Position numbers and translations under genes: made by a program | Notes under the pieces: generated by a model | Told to the model about the DNA's origin: nothing | The model's database searches: none | The model's input: only the letters and a program-made list of their open reading frames with translations | Assembly (NCBI GenBank): GCA_964647565.1 | Contig: CAZYIM010000008.1 | Coordinates: forward strand, 12,045-76,044 | Direction: 5' to 3' | From: an uncultured Methanosarcinales archaeon | GTDB taxonomy: Archaea; Nanobdellota; Nanobdellia; Woesearchaeales; CAZYIM01 | Length of the DNA: 64,000 bases | Shown: positions 1 through 10,176 of the stretch, one piece after another | Layout of the letters: every line of letters begins with the position of its first letter | How positions within the stretch are numbered: the first letter of the stretch is position 1

Positions 1-2
1 AT

Positions 3-200
3 GAATTAGAAGTATCTACTGACGAGACTGTTGTTGTTGGAGACCGGGTAAAGGAAGAGATTAAGTATGCAAATCAACTTGGATTGAAAACTGTTTGGTT
101 AAGAAAAGGTAAGTTTGCTGGAGAGCTCCCTGATTCAACCGAAGAAAAACCAGATATAACAATAACTGATCTAAGAGAGCTTAAAAAAGAAACATTTTAA
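3..200 (+). CDS. HAD-superfamily hydrolase, C-terminal fragment (gene begins before window)
   Basis: Frame 3 reads ...ETVVVGDRVKEEIKYANQLGLKTVWLR...PDITITDLREL, the HAD motif IV (VGD..E) and typical C-terminus. Confidence 0.8.
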   Translation, partial: ELEVSTDETVVVGDRVKEEIKYANQLGLKTVWLRKGKFAGELPDSTEEKPDITITDLRELKKETF

Positions 201-228
201 ATCGATATTAAAACATCGGAGTAAAAGA

Positions 229-1821
229 ATGAGAATAAAATTGTTGAAACTGCCTGTTTATGAGACAGATATAAATGAAGACACGTATGAAACAAAATAT
301 CCCATGATACCTTTAGGTTTGTCAATATTAAAGGCATCTTTAAATAAGAGTAATATTGCTGCAGTTCAAGATGATTTGTCTGTAAAGATCTTCAGGCAGA
401 ATATAAAAAATAAATTAATAGATATGAAATTGTTCAACAATGAAAAAAAAGTTAACAATTTTATTAAGACCAAGTCAGACCTGATTCTGGAAAAAGAGGG
501 TGAGAAGATGTTGGCTCTTACCAACAGCAGAGGATTTGATTTGTTCGGATTCTCTGTTGAAGTGACCAATAATCCTTCAACAAGCGGGATTGTCTCTGTC
601 CTGTCCAAGCTTATCAAGGAAAAATATTCTGTACCGATAATTTGTGGTGGGAGGGCTCCTCCAGAGGTTGTCAACAAATGGCTGAGGAACAAAATTATAG
701 ATTATTGGGTTAACGAAGGGCCTTATAATAATCAGGCTCAGGTGTTGGTTGAGGTTTGTAAACAATTTGAAAAGAGAAGCTTTGATCCCAAGAATATTCC
801 CTTGCTGAGTTATTTTCAAAATGGAAAGATAATGACCAATCAGGCATTTATGGAGAAAGATGAGTTTATAACTCCTGATTTTGATGGCCTGCCCTTGGAT
901 ATGTATAGAAAAAACAGAAAAATATTATCAGAAAAGTTTGGTCCTGTTGTAGATAACATATTGATCTTGCCTTATTTTTTTATTACGGGATGTCCGAACA
1001 GCTGTGCGTTTTGCTCCAACGGCCCTACAAAGTATTTTATGATGAAAGATCCTGAAAAAGTCAGTGCAGATCTGAAATTGCTCAGTAAGAAGTATAGGAC
1101 AAAATATTTTTATTTTCTGAATAGCAGCATAAATCCGACCAAGGTTTACGTAAACAATCTCTTGAAGTCCTTTACAAACAACAATGTCTCTGTATTATTC
1201 ACTGACTGTGCTTCTTTTAGAAATATGGATGAGAAACTCCTTGAGAAACTAAAAGCAAATGGGGCAACACGATTGATATATGGTCTTGAAACAGCTAGTC
1301 CGCGACTATTAAAATATATTAATAAGAGCCTGGATATTGCCCATGCAGAGCGGATGCTGAAAAAATCATTTGAATTGGGAATAATCAGTGAAATTGAGCT
1401 AATCCCGGGATTGCCATATGAACGTGATGAAGACATTAAAAAAACTGTTCGATTCGTCGAGAAAAATAAGAAGTATATACAGCATGCGAATATCTTTAAA
1501 TTTTGGTTGGACGGTTGGTTCCTAAAGGCGCCTGACAGGTTCGGTCTTAGGTTGTTATCAACAAAAGAGGAAAAACTATATATACCAGGAAATAAGAGAG
1601 TATTTGAGGAGATATCAGGACTTAATTACAGGCAGAAGATAGAGCAAACAGAAAAATCATATCGAGTGCTTAGGAAACATTCAATACTGTATCATATCAA
1701 TGATGTTCCAGGTATTACCATTGATGAATATTTGTTTATTATGAACATAACGCATATAATGTACAGGCAATCAGGCATATTAAAAAAACGTTTCCAAAAA
1801 TACAACCAAATTGCTGAGTAA
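229..1821 (+). CDS. B12-binding-domain radical SAM protein
   Basis: N-terminal PLGL..LKA B12-binding-like start; GCPNSCAFC (CxxxCxxC); GLETAS motif. Confidence 0.85.
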   Translation: MRIKLLKLPVYETDINEDTYETKYPMIPLGLSILKASLNKSNIAAVQDDLSVKIFRQNIKNKLIDMKLFNNEKKVNNFIKTKSDLILEKEGEKMLALTNSRGFDLFGFSVEVTNNPSTSGIVSVLSKLIKEKYSVPIICGGRAPPEVVNKWLRNKIIDYWVNEGPYNNQAQVLVEVCKQFEKRSFDPKNIPLLSYFQNGKIMTNQAFMEKDEFITPDFDGLPLDMYRKNRKILSEKFGPVVDNILILPYFFITGCPNSCAFCSNGPTKYFMMKDPEKVSADLKLLSKKYRTKYFYFLNSSINPTKVYVNNLLKSFTNNNVSVLFTDCASFRNMDEKLLEKLKANGATRLIYGLETASPRLLKYINKSLDIAHAERMLKKSFELGIISEIELIPGLPYERDEDIKKTVRFVEKNKKYIQHANIFKFWLDGWFLKAPDRFGLRLLSTKEEKLYIPGNKRVFEEISGLNYRQKIEQTEKSYRVLRKHSILYHINDVPGITIDEYLFIMNITHIMYRQSGILKKRFQKYNQIAE

Positions 1822-1918
1822 TTAAAAAATTGCCGGCATCTTTAGCAATCAAAGATCGTTAAGGTTCAAGGAAAGTAAATTTCCTAAGAACCTTCTTGAA
1901 TATGTGAAGGTGAATACT

Positions 1919-3199
1919 ATGACAATGCAACTAGCAAAGGGGGTCCGTGATTTTCCCCCAGAGGATAAGATAGCAAGACAGAAGCTTGTAGATAGTTTGA
2001 GGACTATCTTCGAGAGATTTGGATTTGTTCCACTTGAGACTCCGATTATAGAACGCTGGGAGACGCTTACTGCCAAGGGTGGTGCAGGTGAAGAATCTGA
2101 TGCTTATAAGGAGATCTTTAGGTTTTCTGATCAAGGTGACAGAAAACTAGGTCTGAGGTTTGACTTGACAGTGCCGATGTCACGGTTTGTTGCTATGAAC
2201 CCTAATCTAAAGATGCCTTTCAAACGATATCAGATAGGCCGGGTTTATAGGGATGGTCCGATCAAGACTGGCAGATATAGAGAATTCTGGCAGTGCGATA
2301 CAGATATTGTGGGCTGTAAGGAGATGACTGCTGATGCCGAGTGCATCAATGTAACCAGAAAGGTGTTTGAAACCCTGAATCTGGATGTGAACATCTTTGT
2401 GAGTAATCGAAAACTTCTTTCTGCATTAGTTGAAAAAGCAGGAATTTCTGTTGAATTGGTTGAAAGTGTCTTGGTCAGTGTGGATAAGCTGGATAAATAT
2501 GGAGAGAAAGGTGTGATTGAGGATATGATGAACAAGGGCTTTGACAAGGAAGAGGCTGAAAATGTCCTGAAGTTTATCAATGTTCAGGGTTCTAATGATG
2601 AGAAGCTTAAGAAACTGGATACGATTGTTCCTGGAAATGAAGGATTGAATGAGATGAAGGTTCTTTTAAGTTTTTTGCCCTATGATAATGTTGTTTTTTT
2701 ACCTTCCTTAGCAAGAGGCCTTAGCTATTATACTGGTCCTGTCTGGGAAGTTTACTCTAAGAAAAAAGAACTCAACTTCTCTTTAGCAGGCGGTGGCAGA
2801 TACGACAAGATGATTGGAGACTTCATAGATTCTGGCAAGGAGTTTCCTGCGACAGGCCTGGCATTTGGTCTTGAGCCAATCCTTGAGACCATGAAGATAG
2901 AAAAGAAGATTGAGCTTTCCAAGTCAACCGCACAGGTTTATCTGATTCCGATCGGAACATTGAAAGAGTCACTAGATATTGCAGAAAACCTAAGGAGCGA
3001 GGGTATAAATACAGATGTTGATATAATGGGTAGAGGTATTTCGAAGAACTTGAATTATGCTAATTCCCTGGGTATCCCTTTTGTTATTTTCATTGGTGAG
3101 GATGAACTGAAGAGCAAGATGTTTAAGTTAAAAGACATGAAAAGCGGAAAGGAAGAGACCCTGAGTAAAGAAGAGATTATTAAGAATTTGTCACAATGA
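1919..3199 (+). CDS. hisS: histidine--tRNA ligase
   Basis: KGVRDF, LRFDLTVP, GRYREFWQCD, ARGLSYYTG, GGGRYD motifs plus anticodon-binding domain. Confidence 0.97.
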   Translation: MTMQLAKGVRDFPPEDKIARQKLVDSLRTIFERFGFVPLETPIIERWETLTAKGGAGEESDAYKEIFRFSDQGDRKLGLRFDLTVPMSRFVAMNPNLKMPFKRYQIGRVYRDGPIKTGRYREFWQCDTDIVGCKEMTADAECINVTRKVFETLNLDVNIFVSNRKLLSALVEKAGISVELVESVLVSVDKLDKYGEKGVIEDMMNKGFDKEEAENVLKFINVQGSNDEKLKKLDTIVPGNEGLNEMKVLLSFLPYDNVVFLPSLARGLSYYTGPVWEVYSKKKELNFSLAGGGRYDKMIGDFIDSGKEFPATGLAFGLEPILETMKIEKKIELSKSTAQVYLIPIGTLKESLDIAENLRSEGINTDVDIMGRGISKNLNYANSLGIPFVIFIGEDELKSKMFKLKDMKSGKEETLSKEEIIKNLSQ

Positions 3200-3699
3200 A
3201 GACGATCATCTTGATCCCATTTGAACTCAAAGAAAAGAACTTACTCGGTTATCTGAAAAAAGAAATAGAAACTAGATTTGAATCAAGGGTAATAATTCAC
3301 AGTTCTACCCTACTTCCGCTTTGTCGAAAACGGGAAAACCAGAGTCATGCAGAAGATTTTTTGCCGATTGTCAGAAAGATCTGCATGGAGCACAAGGCCT
3401 TCTATGGATTAGGAGTTATGGATGGTGATCTGTACATTGATGAAATGAACTTCGTCTTAGGTTTTTCATTTATGACTTCTTCAATCATAGGCTTGGCCAG
3501 GTTAAGGGATAAGGATAAACATCTATTCTTTGAGAGGGCTGCTAAAGAATCCTTTCATGAACTCGGACATCTATTTGGCTTAAAGCATTGTAAAGACAAG
3601 AATTGTGTGATGTATCTCTCCAGCTCTATTGAAGAGACTGATAAGAAAGGGTCTGAATTTTGTATTAAATGCAAGGAATGTTCAGTTCTAAAGAATTAG
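3196..3699 (+). CDS. archaemetzincin-family Zn metalloprotease
   Basis: HELGHLFGLKHC...CVM...S...D.K...FC..C signature. Confidence 0.9.
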   Translation: MKTIILIPFELKEKNLLGYLKKEIETRFESRVIIHSSTLLPLCRKRENQSHAEDFLPIVRKICMEHKAFYGLGVMDGDLYIDEMNFVLGFSFMTSSIIGLARLRDKDKHLFFERAAKESFHELGHLFGLKHCKDKNCVMYLSSSIEETDKKGSEFCIKCKECSVLKN

Positions 3700-4043
3700 A
3701 GGATCTTTATCATTCCTCGATCTTCTATTAACTCACCTCTTCTGATAAGTTCATTTATATCTTCTTCACCAAATTTTTTCAAGGTTAGAATTGATTCAAT
3801 AGGTTGGTTGGCCATGACATAATCAAGGATCTCTGAGTATTTATCTTCCTTTTTGTCATCGCTCCCGTGTTTTGCGATAAACTCATGGACTGCAATAATG
3901 TGCTTGCATTCTGCATTCTGTTGTTTCATCCGGAAGATGAATGCAGGGCATTCGCAAAAGGGCATATGAATATCAACTTTGTAGAATTTGCCTTTCTTAG
4001 ATGATTCAACCAGGTAGAAATCCCCCTCCTTCTTGATGTTCAT
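3696..4043 (-). CDS. SWIM zinc-finger protein
   Basis: CECPAF...CKHI (CxC-xn-CxH). Confidence 0.8.
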   Translation of the reverse strand: MNIKKEGDFYLVESSKKGKFYKVDIHMPFCECPAFIFRMKQQNAECKHIIAVHEFIAKHGSDDKKEDKYSEILDYVMANQPIESILTLKKFGEEDINELIRRGELIEDRGMIKIL

Positions 4044-4102
4044 AGAATGCGATAATAGCTTGTGTTATTTAAATTTTTAGAAAAAAAGAAAAAATAAAGA
4101 TG

Positions 4103-4684
4103 CTAGACTGTATCCTTGTCTTCTTCAGCATCTGCTTCTGAAGATTCAGCTTCGGGTTCAGACTCGACCGGTTCTTCAACTGCGCTATCTTCAGAGGTCA
4201 CATCTTCCTCAACTTCTGAGTCAGTATCCTCTAATACAGGTTCAGCTACCTCTGCTTCTGCTGTAGTTTCTTCTGCTTCTACCAATGCTTCTTCTTCAGG
4301 TACTATCTCTGATTCAGGTTCTTCTGCGACGTCGTCAGCAGCAGCTTCTTCAGCTTCAGGTTCTATCTCTGTTTCTACTTCTTCTTCGGTTGTTTCTTCT
4401 GGTTCGTCTTCAAATGCTTCTTCAGTAACTTCATCTGTTGCTTCAGGTTCTTCTGCGATTTCGTCAGCAGCAGCTTCTTCAGCTTCAGGTTCTATCTCTG
4501 TTTCTGCTGCTTCTTCTGGTTCTGCTTCTTCAGGAGTTTCTTCAACTGTTTCAGCTTCTGCTTCTTCTGGTTCTGCCTCTGCTTCTTGGCTAGGGGCAGG
4601 CTCTTCTACTTCGGTAACTTCAGGTTCTGAAGGTGGTGAGATCTCCTCTTCATTTTCTTCTGGTGGAATAGTTTCTTCTTCCAT
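4103..4684 (-). CDS. very acidic Glu/Ala/Pro-rich low-complexity protein
   Basis: ATG preceded by GAGGTGA RBS and TATA box; E-rich ORF with internal repeat ETEIEPEAEEAAAD.AEEPE twice (DNA period 129 nt). Confidence 0.7.
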   Translation of the reverse strand: MEEETIPPEENEEEISPPSEPEVTEVEEPAPSQEAEAEPEEAEAETVEETPEEAEPEEAAETEIEPEAEEAAADEIAEEPEATDEVTEEAFEDEPEETTEEEVETEIEPEAEEAAADDVAEEPESEIVPEEEALVEAEETTAEAEVAEPVLEDTDSEVEEDVTSEDSAVEEPVESEPEAESSEADAEEDKDTV

Positions 4685-4820
4685 AAATAATCACCTCGTG
4701 TTCTATTCTGCTATCAGATGGTTTATAAAGTTTGTTAAAATTTCGAAACAATTATATCAACTTCAAAATTAATAAAGAATTCTGTAATTTTTTCTACATT
4801 AATCAGAAAGAATTTTAAGA

Positions 4821-6713
4821 TTATTTAATCAGTACCATACGTTTAGTCTTGACTCCGTTCGGTGAAGTCAATTTAGAAGTATAGATGCCTGATGCGACAT
4901 GTGAGCCTGCTCTGTCAGTTCCGTCCCAGGTAGCCTGGTGTTTGCCTGGCTGAACATATTTATCAAAAACAGTCTTTATCCTTTGTCCTGCAGTATTATA
5001 GATCTCGAGTTTTGCTGCGCCTGACTTTGAGGTTTCGAACATCAGCTTGGTTGTGTTGTTGAATGGATTGGGATAGTTCTGGTATAAGAAATTCTTTGGC
5101 ATCTGATGATCCTCGCCATCAACGCCTGTAACAGGTATTTCGTAGGTCCACAAGATGAGGTTTGCCAGGCCTGTTTCATCACTGCTTCCTGCAAGATTAT
5201 TCAAAAGCGTATATTCCCTGTCTCCGTCAGCATTGACACACATATTTGCATTGTATGTTAATTTGGTACCTGTGATTGGATAGGTGAATTTTCTTGGACC
5301 GATAGCTGCGAACTTGTTGATCAACTCTAAAGCAGTTACAGCACCATCTGTGTTAGTATCTATGTCAAAATAGTCACCTGTCTTTTTTATGGAGTTTAGG
5401 AACATGTTTGGAAGATCATTTTGATACATTAGCCAGTCATTATGTGGTGCCAATGAAAATGCAGCTATGCCGTCTCCATAGAAATTATCCAGGAAGTCGC
5501 CTCCAAAATCAGAACCTATAAGTGGTATGACCACTTTTGCATGATCTTTAAGTTTTTGGAAGAGTTCTGCAACTTCGATATCTATTGGTGAGATGGGATA
5601 TATTTCAATTCCGCTTTTCCACTGGTAATGTACAACATCATCGATTTCATTCCGATTCCAGTCCACTCCCTTAAAGCCTCCCTGGTTGTCTTCATCCAGA
5701 CCATTGACTTGCAGATCTTCTAAGTTAAGGGTGTTCAGGTCAACATCGCCCATGTCTACTGCGATGGCTGCTTTATAGCTGCCGTTTTTCTTAAATGCGA
5801 AAATGATATCATTAAAATTATTTTGGTTCTTGTCTACATCAAAACCATATATCTCTGCTTTGATTGCCTCATCTGATATAAGTGCTGTGTGCGATGAATC
5901 ATTAAGCACCTTATCGAGAAAATCAGCTCTCTTGGCTGGATCTACGCGTCCATCTCTGTCACTATCGAATTCTGGTTTTAAAAGGTATTCTATCTTGTAG
6001 ATGAGTTTCTTGGTTGCTGTAGTGTCTGGATCATGTAGAACTAAGTGACCTGGAAGTTTCACTCTGTCTGGAGTTGCTGTATAGACTATTCCTTTGGCTG
6101 GATCGCCATTCTCTCCCAGGCTCCAGTTGATCCAGGGCATATCTAATCCTACATTCCTTTGGCTGCCGCCATAGACTACAAGAGATTCAGTATAATCCTC
6201 GCTTTCCAGAAGATCATTGTCAAATATGGGACTCTCTGTAGGAGTGACCAAACCATTGACATAAGTGTAACCTTTAAATGAGGATTGACTGTCCTTGTCA
6301 AACTTGCCATAGCCGTTGGTAAGTAGCATCGGACCTAAGACGACATTCCATTTGCCATTGGTCTCCATTATAGCTGCAATCTCGTTTATGCTGGAATCCA
6401 GGCTTGCATAAGTTGCATCTCCTGAAATAGGCACGTTACCAATGACAGTTGTGTCTGGCCTTGGTACGTGCACATAAAAATTCTCAGGTTTTACAATGTT
6501 GTTGCTTGTAAGTTCATTAAAAATCTCTTCGAGTTCCTCATGGCATTTTTGAGTATTTGCCTTGTATTGGTGATCATTAGCATAATAGACAAACCAGTTT
6601 TCCCTCTCTTCGATAGCTTGGTTTGGTTGTTGTGCTTTTGCTGTAGAATTAAGCATGAATGGTAGTGCTAAAAGTGATAGCCAACTAGCTGCTTTGCGAA
6701 ATATTTTCTTCAT
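4821..6713 (-). CDS. secreted protein with C-terminal FlgD-Ig / T9SS-type sorting-like domain
   Basis: Signal peptide MKKIFRK...AKA|QQ; C-terminus QNYPNPFN...IYNTAGQRIKT...WDGTD..G..VASGIY...KRMVLIK; DxDxDG-like Ca loops. Confidence 0.8.
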   Translation of the reverse strand: MKKIFRKAASWLSLLALPFMLNSTAKAQQPNQAIEERENWFVYYANDHQYKANTQKCHEELEEIFNELTSNNIVKPENFYVHVPRPDTTVIGNVPISGDATYASLDSSINEIAAIMETNGKWNVVLGPMLLTNGYGKFDKDSQSSFKGYTYVNGLVTPTESPIFDNDLLESEDYTESLVVYGGSQRNVGLDMPWINWSLGENGDPAKGIVYTATPDRVKLPGHLVLHDPDTTATKKLIYKIEYLLKPEFDSDRDGRVDPAKRADFLDKVLNDSSHTALISDEAIKAEIYGFDVDKNQNNFNDIIFAFKKNGSYKAAIAVDMGDVDLNTLNLEDLQVNGLDEDNQGGFKGVDWNRNEIDDVVHYQWKSGIEIYPISPIDIEVAELFQKLKDHAKVVIPLIGSDFGGDFLDNFYGDGIAAFSLAPHNDWLMYQNDLPNMFLNSIKKTGDYFDIDTNTDGAVTALELINKFAAIGPRKFTYPITGTKLTYNANMCVNADGDREYTLLNNLAGSSDETGLANLILWTYEIPVTGVDGEDHQMPKNFLYQNYPNPFNNTTKLMFETSKSGAAKLEIYNTAGQRIKTVFDKYVQPGKHQATWDGTDRAGSHVASGIYTSKLTSPNGVKTKRMVLIK

Positions 6714-6776
6714 AGATCTCGGAAATGCATCTATATTTATATATTTTTCCAAGATATTGACTTGGGAGTAGTAATT

Positions 6777-7799
6777 TTATTGGGGATAGGCTTCTTCAAT
6801 CAACTTTTCATGACCTTTTATAGCCTCTCTAACAGGTTCCAATAGTTTGTTGATCTCCTTGGCTAAAGCCATTTTCAGGTCAAGTGGATGCAGTTGCTTA
6901 GCGACAAATGCATCTTCCAGTTCTTGATAGTTCTTGAAAGTCAAGTTACCGCCAAACTTTTCAGGTCTTTCAATAAGGAAATCCTCTCCTTTGTCATCTT
7001 TTATGACCATAAGGATGTGTTGGATGAAACTTAATATTCCATTTTCTGCAACTTCTCCTTCAGGGCAAAATGCCTTGTTGAGCTTTTTCTTAATATCTTC
7101 TTCAGAGTCAAGCAGATCGATTTTGGAGTCTGCGACAGATGCAGACATCTTCTCTCCAATCAGGCCGGGTATTATAGGTGTCATTACCTCAATCCTGCTC
7201 TTGTAACCAACCTTAGGATTGTACTCCCTGGCAAACATGAAAATCTTTCTTTGGTCAACGCCGCCGTACTGGACATCTACACCGAGATATTCCTCATCAA
7301 GTGCCTGTTTGATGGGATAGATGAGACCAGAAAGCTTGGGGTTGTCAGATTGTTTTACAACATCAGAGCTTGCCTTCATGCAATCGTGAACAGAAGCATA
7401 GGTTGACATCCTAAGTACGTCATAGTAATATTTTCCATTCTTCTGAATATCAGATCCCTTGACCATCTCAAAGTTGTTTATATCTGCGCCGATTGACTTG
7501 AACATTGCAGGAACAACAATCTTGTAATATTCGAATCTTTTTTCAAGTAGATCCCAGGGTGTGTTATCCAAAGCCCCATGCAGGTCTGCTAATAGTAGGA
7601 TTGTTCTAAATCCTGCTTTTAAGAAATCAGCAAGCTTGAGTACCCAGAGGAAATAAGCTACGTGTGGTCTGCCTGTGATGGCTGTGCCAAGATAGACAGA
7701 AGGCTTTTCCTTTTTCTTGAGCAGCGCTCTAAACTCATCTTCTGTGATTATTTCCTGAGTATTTCTCTTGATAAGATTAAATCTTTCTTCGACATCCAT
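6777..7799 (-). CDS. tyrS: tyrosine--tRNA ligase (archaeal/eukaryal type)
   Basis: YLGTAITGRPHVAY (HIGH variant), LADLH, IYP.KQALD, GGVDQRK, KMSAS. Confidence 0.95.
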   Translation of the reverse strand: MDVEERFNLIKRNTQEIITEDEFRALLKKKEKPSVYLGTAITGRPHVAYFLWVLKLADFLKAGFRTILLLADLHGALDNTPWDLLEKRFEYYKIVVPAMFKSIGADINNFEMVKGSDIQKNGKYYYDVLRMSTYASVHDCMKASSDVVKQSDNPKLSGLIYPIKQALDEEYLGVDVQYGGVDQRKIFMFAREYNPKVGYKSRIEVMTPIIPGLIGEKMSASVADSKIDLLDSEEDIKKKLNKAFCPEGEVAENGILSFIQHILMVIKDDKGEDFLIERPEKFGGNLTFKNYQELEDAFVAKQLHPLDLKMALAKEINKLLEPVREAIKGHEKLIEEAYPQ

Positions 7800-7877
7800 T
7801 GTAGAGAAAAGTTATTGAACTATGTTTAAATTGTTTTCTGTTTTAAAGAGGCCAAAGATTTATATAATTAAAGATTT

Positions 7878-8318
7878 ATGATTAAGATAATGTCCGAAAA
7901 TTACAATGGAGTCATAGGAATTATATTTCAAAGAGGAAATCCATTCAAATTTCTCTTGATTCATAATAAAAAAACAGGTAACATCTCTTTTATAGCAGGC
8001 GGAAAAGACGGTGATGAATCTTCTAGCAGACAAACTTTAGCCAGAGAGGTGAAGGAAGAAACCGGATTAGTTCCGTCAGATTATTTAGTTATTGAAACAC
8101 CTATTTTTCACGAATTCATCTATAATTCTAAGAAAAAAGAACGAGCTGGCCAAACGGCCAGACAATCAGTTTACCTGATTGAAACTAATAAAACAGATTT
8201 GACACCGGAAGATTCTGACTCAAAAATTGATGGTTGGTATATTGCTGAAGAAGTTACTCAAAGATTAACGTTCTCTGATTCTAAAGAATTATTCAAGAAA
8301 GCTATAAAATATATCTAA
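7878..8318 (+). CDS. NUDIX hydrolase
   Basis: GGKDGDESS...AREVKEETGL Nudix box. Confidence 0.9.
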   Translation: MIKIMSENYNGVIGIIFQRGNPFKFLLIHNKKTGNISFIAGGKDGDESSSRQTLAREVKEETGLVPSDYLVIETPIFHEFIYNSKKKERAGQTARQSVYLIETNKTDLTPEDSDSKIDGWYIAEEVTQRLTFSDSKELFKKAIKYI

Positions 8319-8326
8319 TTTCTGTT

Positions 8327-8593
8327 TTACTCTTCATCTTCGTCATCTCTGTTACGAAGCAGCCAGTATGCACTTGACGAACTTGCTGCGGCAATGGCCG
8401 CAATGACAGCAGGACTAAGCCCGCCATCATCGCCATTACCTGCGTAAGCTGGGGTTGAAATTACTAAGAACGGGATTGTTACAAGACCTAGATACTTGGC
8501 TCTATGTCCGAAGTTCTTGACTTTATCTCCGATGTCATAAAGTCTTTCCTTGTAATTGGTGACTCTTTGATATAGGTCTTGCAGGATGATCAC
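8327..8593 (-). CDS. small membrane protein
   Basis: Two hydrophobic segments; overlaps the stop codon of the upstream gene by 4 nt. Confidence 0.55.
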   Translation of the reverse strand: MIILQDLYQRVTNYKERLYDIGDKVKNFGHRAKYLGLVTIPFLVISTPAYAGNGDDGGLSPAVIAAIAAASSSSAYWLLRNRDDEDEE

Positions 8594-9120
8594 CTTAAGT
8601 CTTCATATTCTGTGAGGTTGGTCAATATTCCATCGAGTGTTGAGGAAAGGTTGTTATTTGGCATAGGTTCTACTTGTATCCAGCCCTTTTTTTGCAGAAA
8701 CCTTTCTACAAACTCTTCTGCAGTATAAGGCTTATCTGGATTCAGGGTTTCATATTCTAATCCATATCTACTGTTTATCTCTAGTGATTCTGAGTAGGGA
8801 ATTAATAGGTCTATTTTGCCTTCTGTTGTTTCAAATCTTGCCATCTGGTATGTGTGGGATCCTGCTGTCGAATTATAGTTGTAACCCACATCTCCATAAT
8901 TTACAGCTATCAATTTGGCGTTATCTATCTTTTCTTTAGTGCTGATAAATTCAGAGGTTGCATATGGTGATGAGTATGGTGATGATTCAACTGCTTCTGT
9001 TTGTACAGGTTCTTCTGTAGATTCTTCGTTAGGTTCGCATGCCATCCATACGCCTGCTGAGCCTGCCAGGAACAATGTTGATAAAATAATATGTTTTAGT
9101 CTCCTGTTCATTTTTATCAC
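8590..9120 (-). CDS. putative lipoprotein
   Basis: Basic N-terminus, hydrophobic stretch, VWMAC lipobox-like Cys followed by acidic linker. Confidence 0.6.
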   Translation of the reverse strand: MIKMNRRLKHIILSTLFLAGSAGVWMACEPNEESTEEPVQTEAVESSPYSSPYATSEFISTKEKIDNAKLIAVNYGDVGYNYNSTAGSHTYQMARFETTEGKIDLLIPYSESLEINSRYGLEYETLNPDKPYTAEEFVERFLQKKGWIQVEPMPNNNLSSTLDGILTNLTEYEDLR

Positions 9121-9285
9121 CTTTGAATATATTATGTGGGATTAGAGATATAAAACTTTTCTCAAGAATTTTATTGAAATAATAGAAAAAACGAGGATAT
9201 TTTAGTCAAAACAGAACAATTTGGTGCAGTTTTAAGCATTTTAATGCTCATAAACTTTATAAACATAGCTGTGTAGGAACTATTC

Positions 9286-10155
9286 ATGTCATGGGTTTTA
9301 TACTGTCTGGGTGCAGTTGTTGTTTGGGCTGTAGTCAATATTCTAGATAAATTCGTGATGTCTAAGGAGGCTAAGGATGCATATCTGGCGGCAGCAGTCT
9401 CGGGTATCACATCATTTATTGTTCTAGGTATAATATCGATGGTTAAAGGACCAATTTCGCTGCCTGTTGACATGATCATTCTTGCGCTTGCAGCAGGTTC
9501 GTGCCAGGTAATAGGGGTCTGGTTCTACTATCAATCTATACAGGATGAGGATGTCTCAAAGATGATGCCTCTTTACTCGATAGCACCTATTTTTGTTGCT
9601 CTTCTCTCATGGGCTTTTTTAGGGGAAGTCTTTTCCAAGCTGATTTATCTTGGGATACTGCTCATAATTGCAGGCTCGTTCATACTTTCATATAAGAAAG
9701 GCAACCACAAGATAACCTTGAATCCTTTACTCTTTATTGTAATATTGTCTACCTTGATTTTTGCCTTCAGAGCTTTATTTATCAAGATGGCAACTTTACA
9801 GGCAGAACTCTGGCCTGTTTTCTTCTGGATAGGATTAGGGACGTTAATACCTTCGATAGTGTTCTTGGTTATCCATCGTATACGCAGGAACCAGCTGAAG
9901 GCTATAGAACATTTCTTTATTGTTGATATTATAAGCCAAGGAGGTTATATTCTGAATCTCCTGGCCATCTCAGCAGGTCCAATAGCCCTTGTTAGTGCAT
10001 TGACCCAGACCAAACCTCTGCTAGTCTTTATATTTGCAACCTTTGTAACTTTGTTCAAACCTAAATTCATAAAAGAAGATCTTACAAGAACATTGGTTAT
10101 CAGGAAGATAATAGCTATAGTGCTTATTATTGCAGGTTCTTTGTTGATAATATAA
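9286..10155 (+). CDS. EamA/DMT-family transporter
   Basis: About 10 TM helices in two repeats; PIFVALLSWAFLGE...GILLIIAG motif. Confidence 0.9.
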   Translation: MSWVLYCLGAVVVWAVVNILDKFVMSKEAKDAYLAAAVSGITSFIVLGIISMVKGPISLPVDMIILALAAGSCQVIGVWFYYQSIQDEDVSKMMPLYSIAPIFVALLSWAFLGEVFSKLIYLGILLIIAGSFILSYKKGNHKITLNPLLFIVILSTLIFAFRALFIKMATLQAELWPVFFWIGLGTLIPSIVFLVIHRIRRNQLKAIEHFFIVDIISQGGYILNLLAISAGPIALVSALTQTKPLLVFIFATFVTLFKPKFIKEDLTRTLVIRKIIAIVLIIAGSLLII

Positions 10156-10176
10156 ATTCAAGAATTATTTTCCTAT

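Noticed and set aside
4116..4772. 218-aa Ser-rich ORF on the plus strand
   Set aside because: Antisense shadow of the GAA-rich acidic gene, which has the RBS and TATA box
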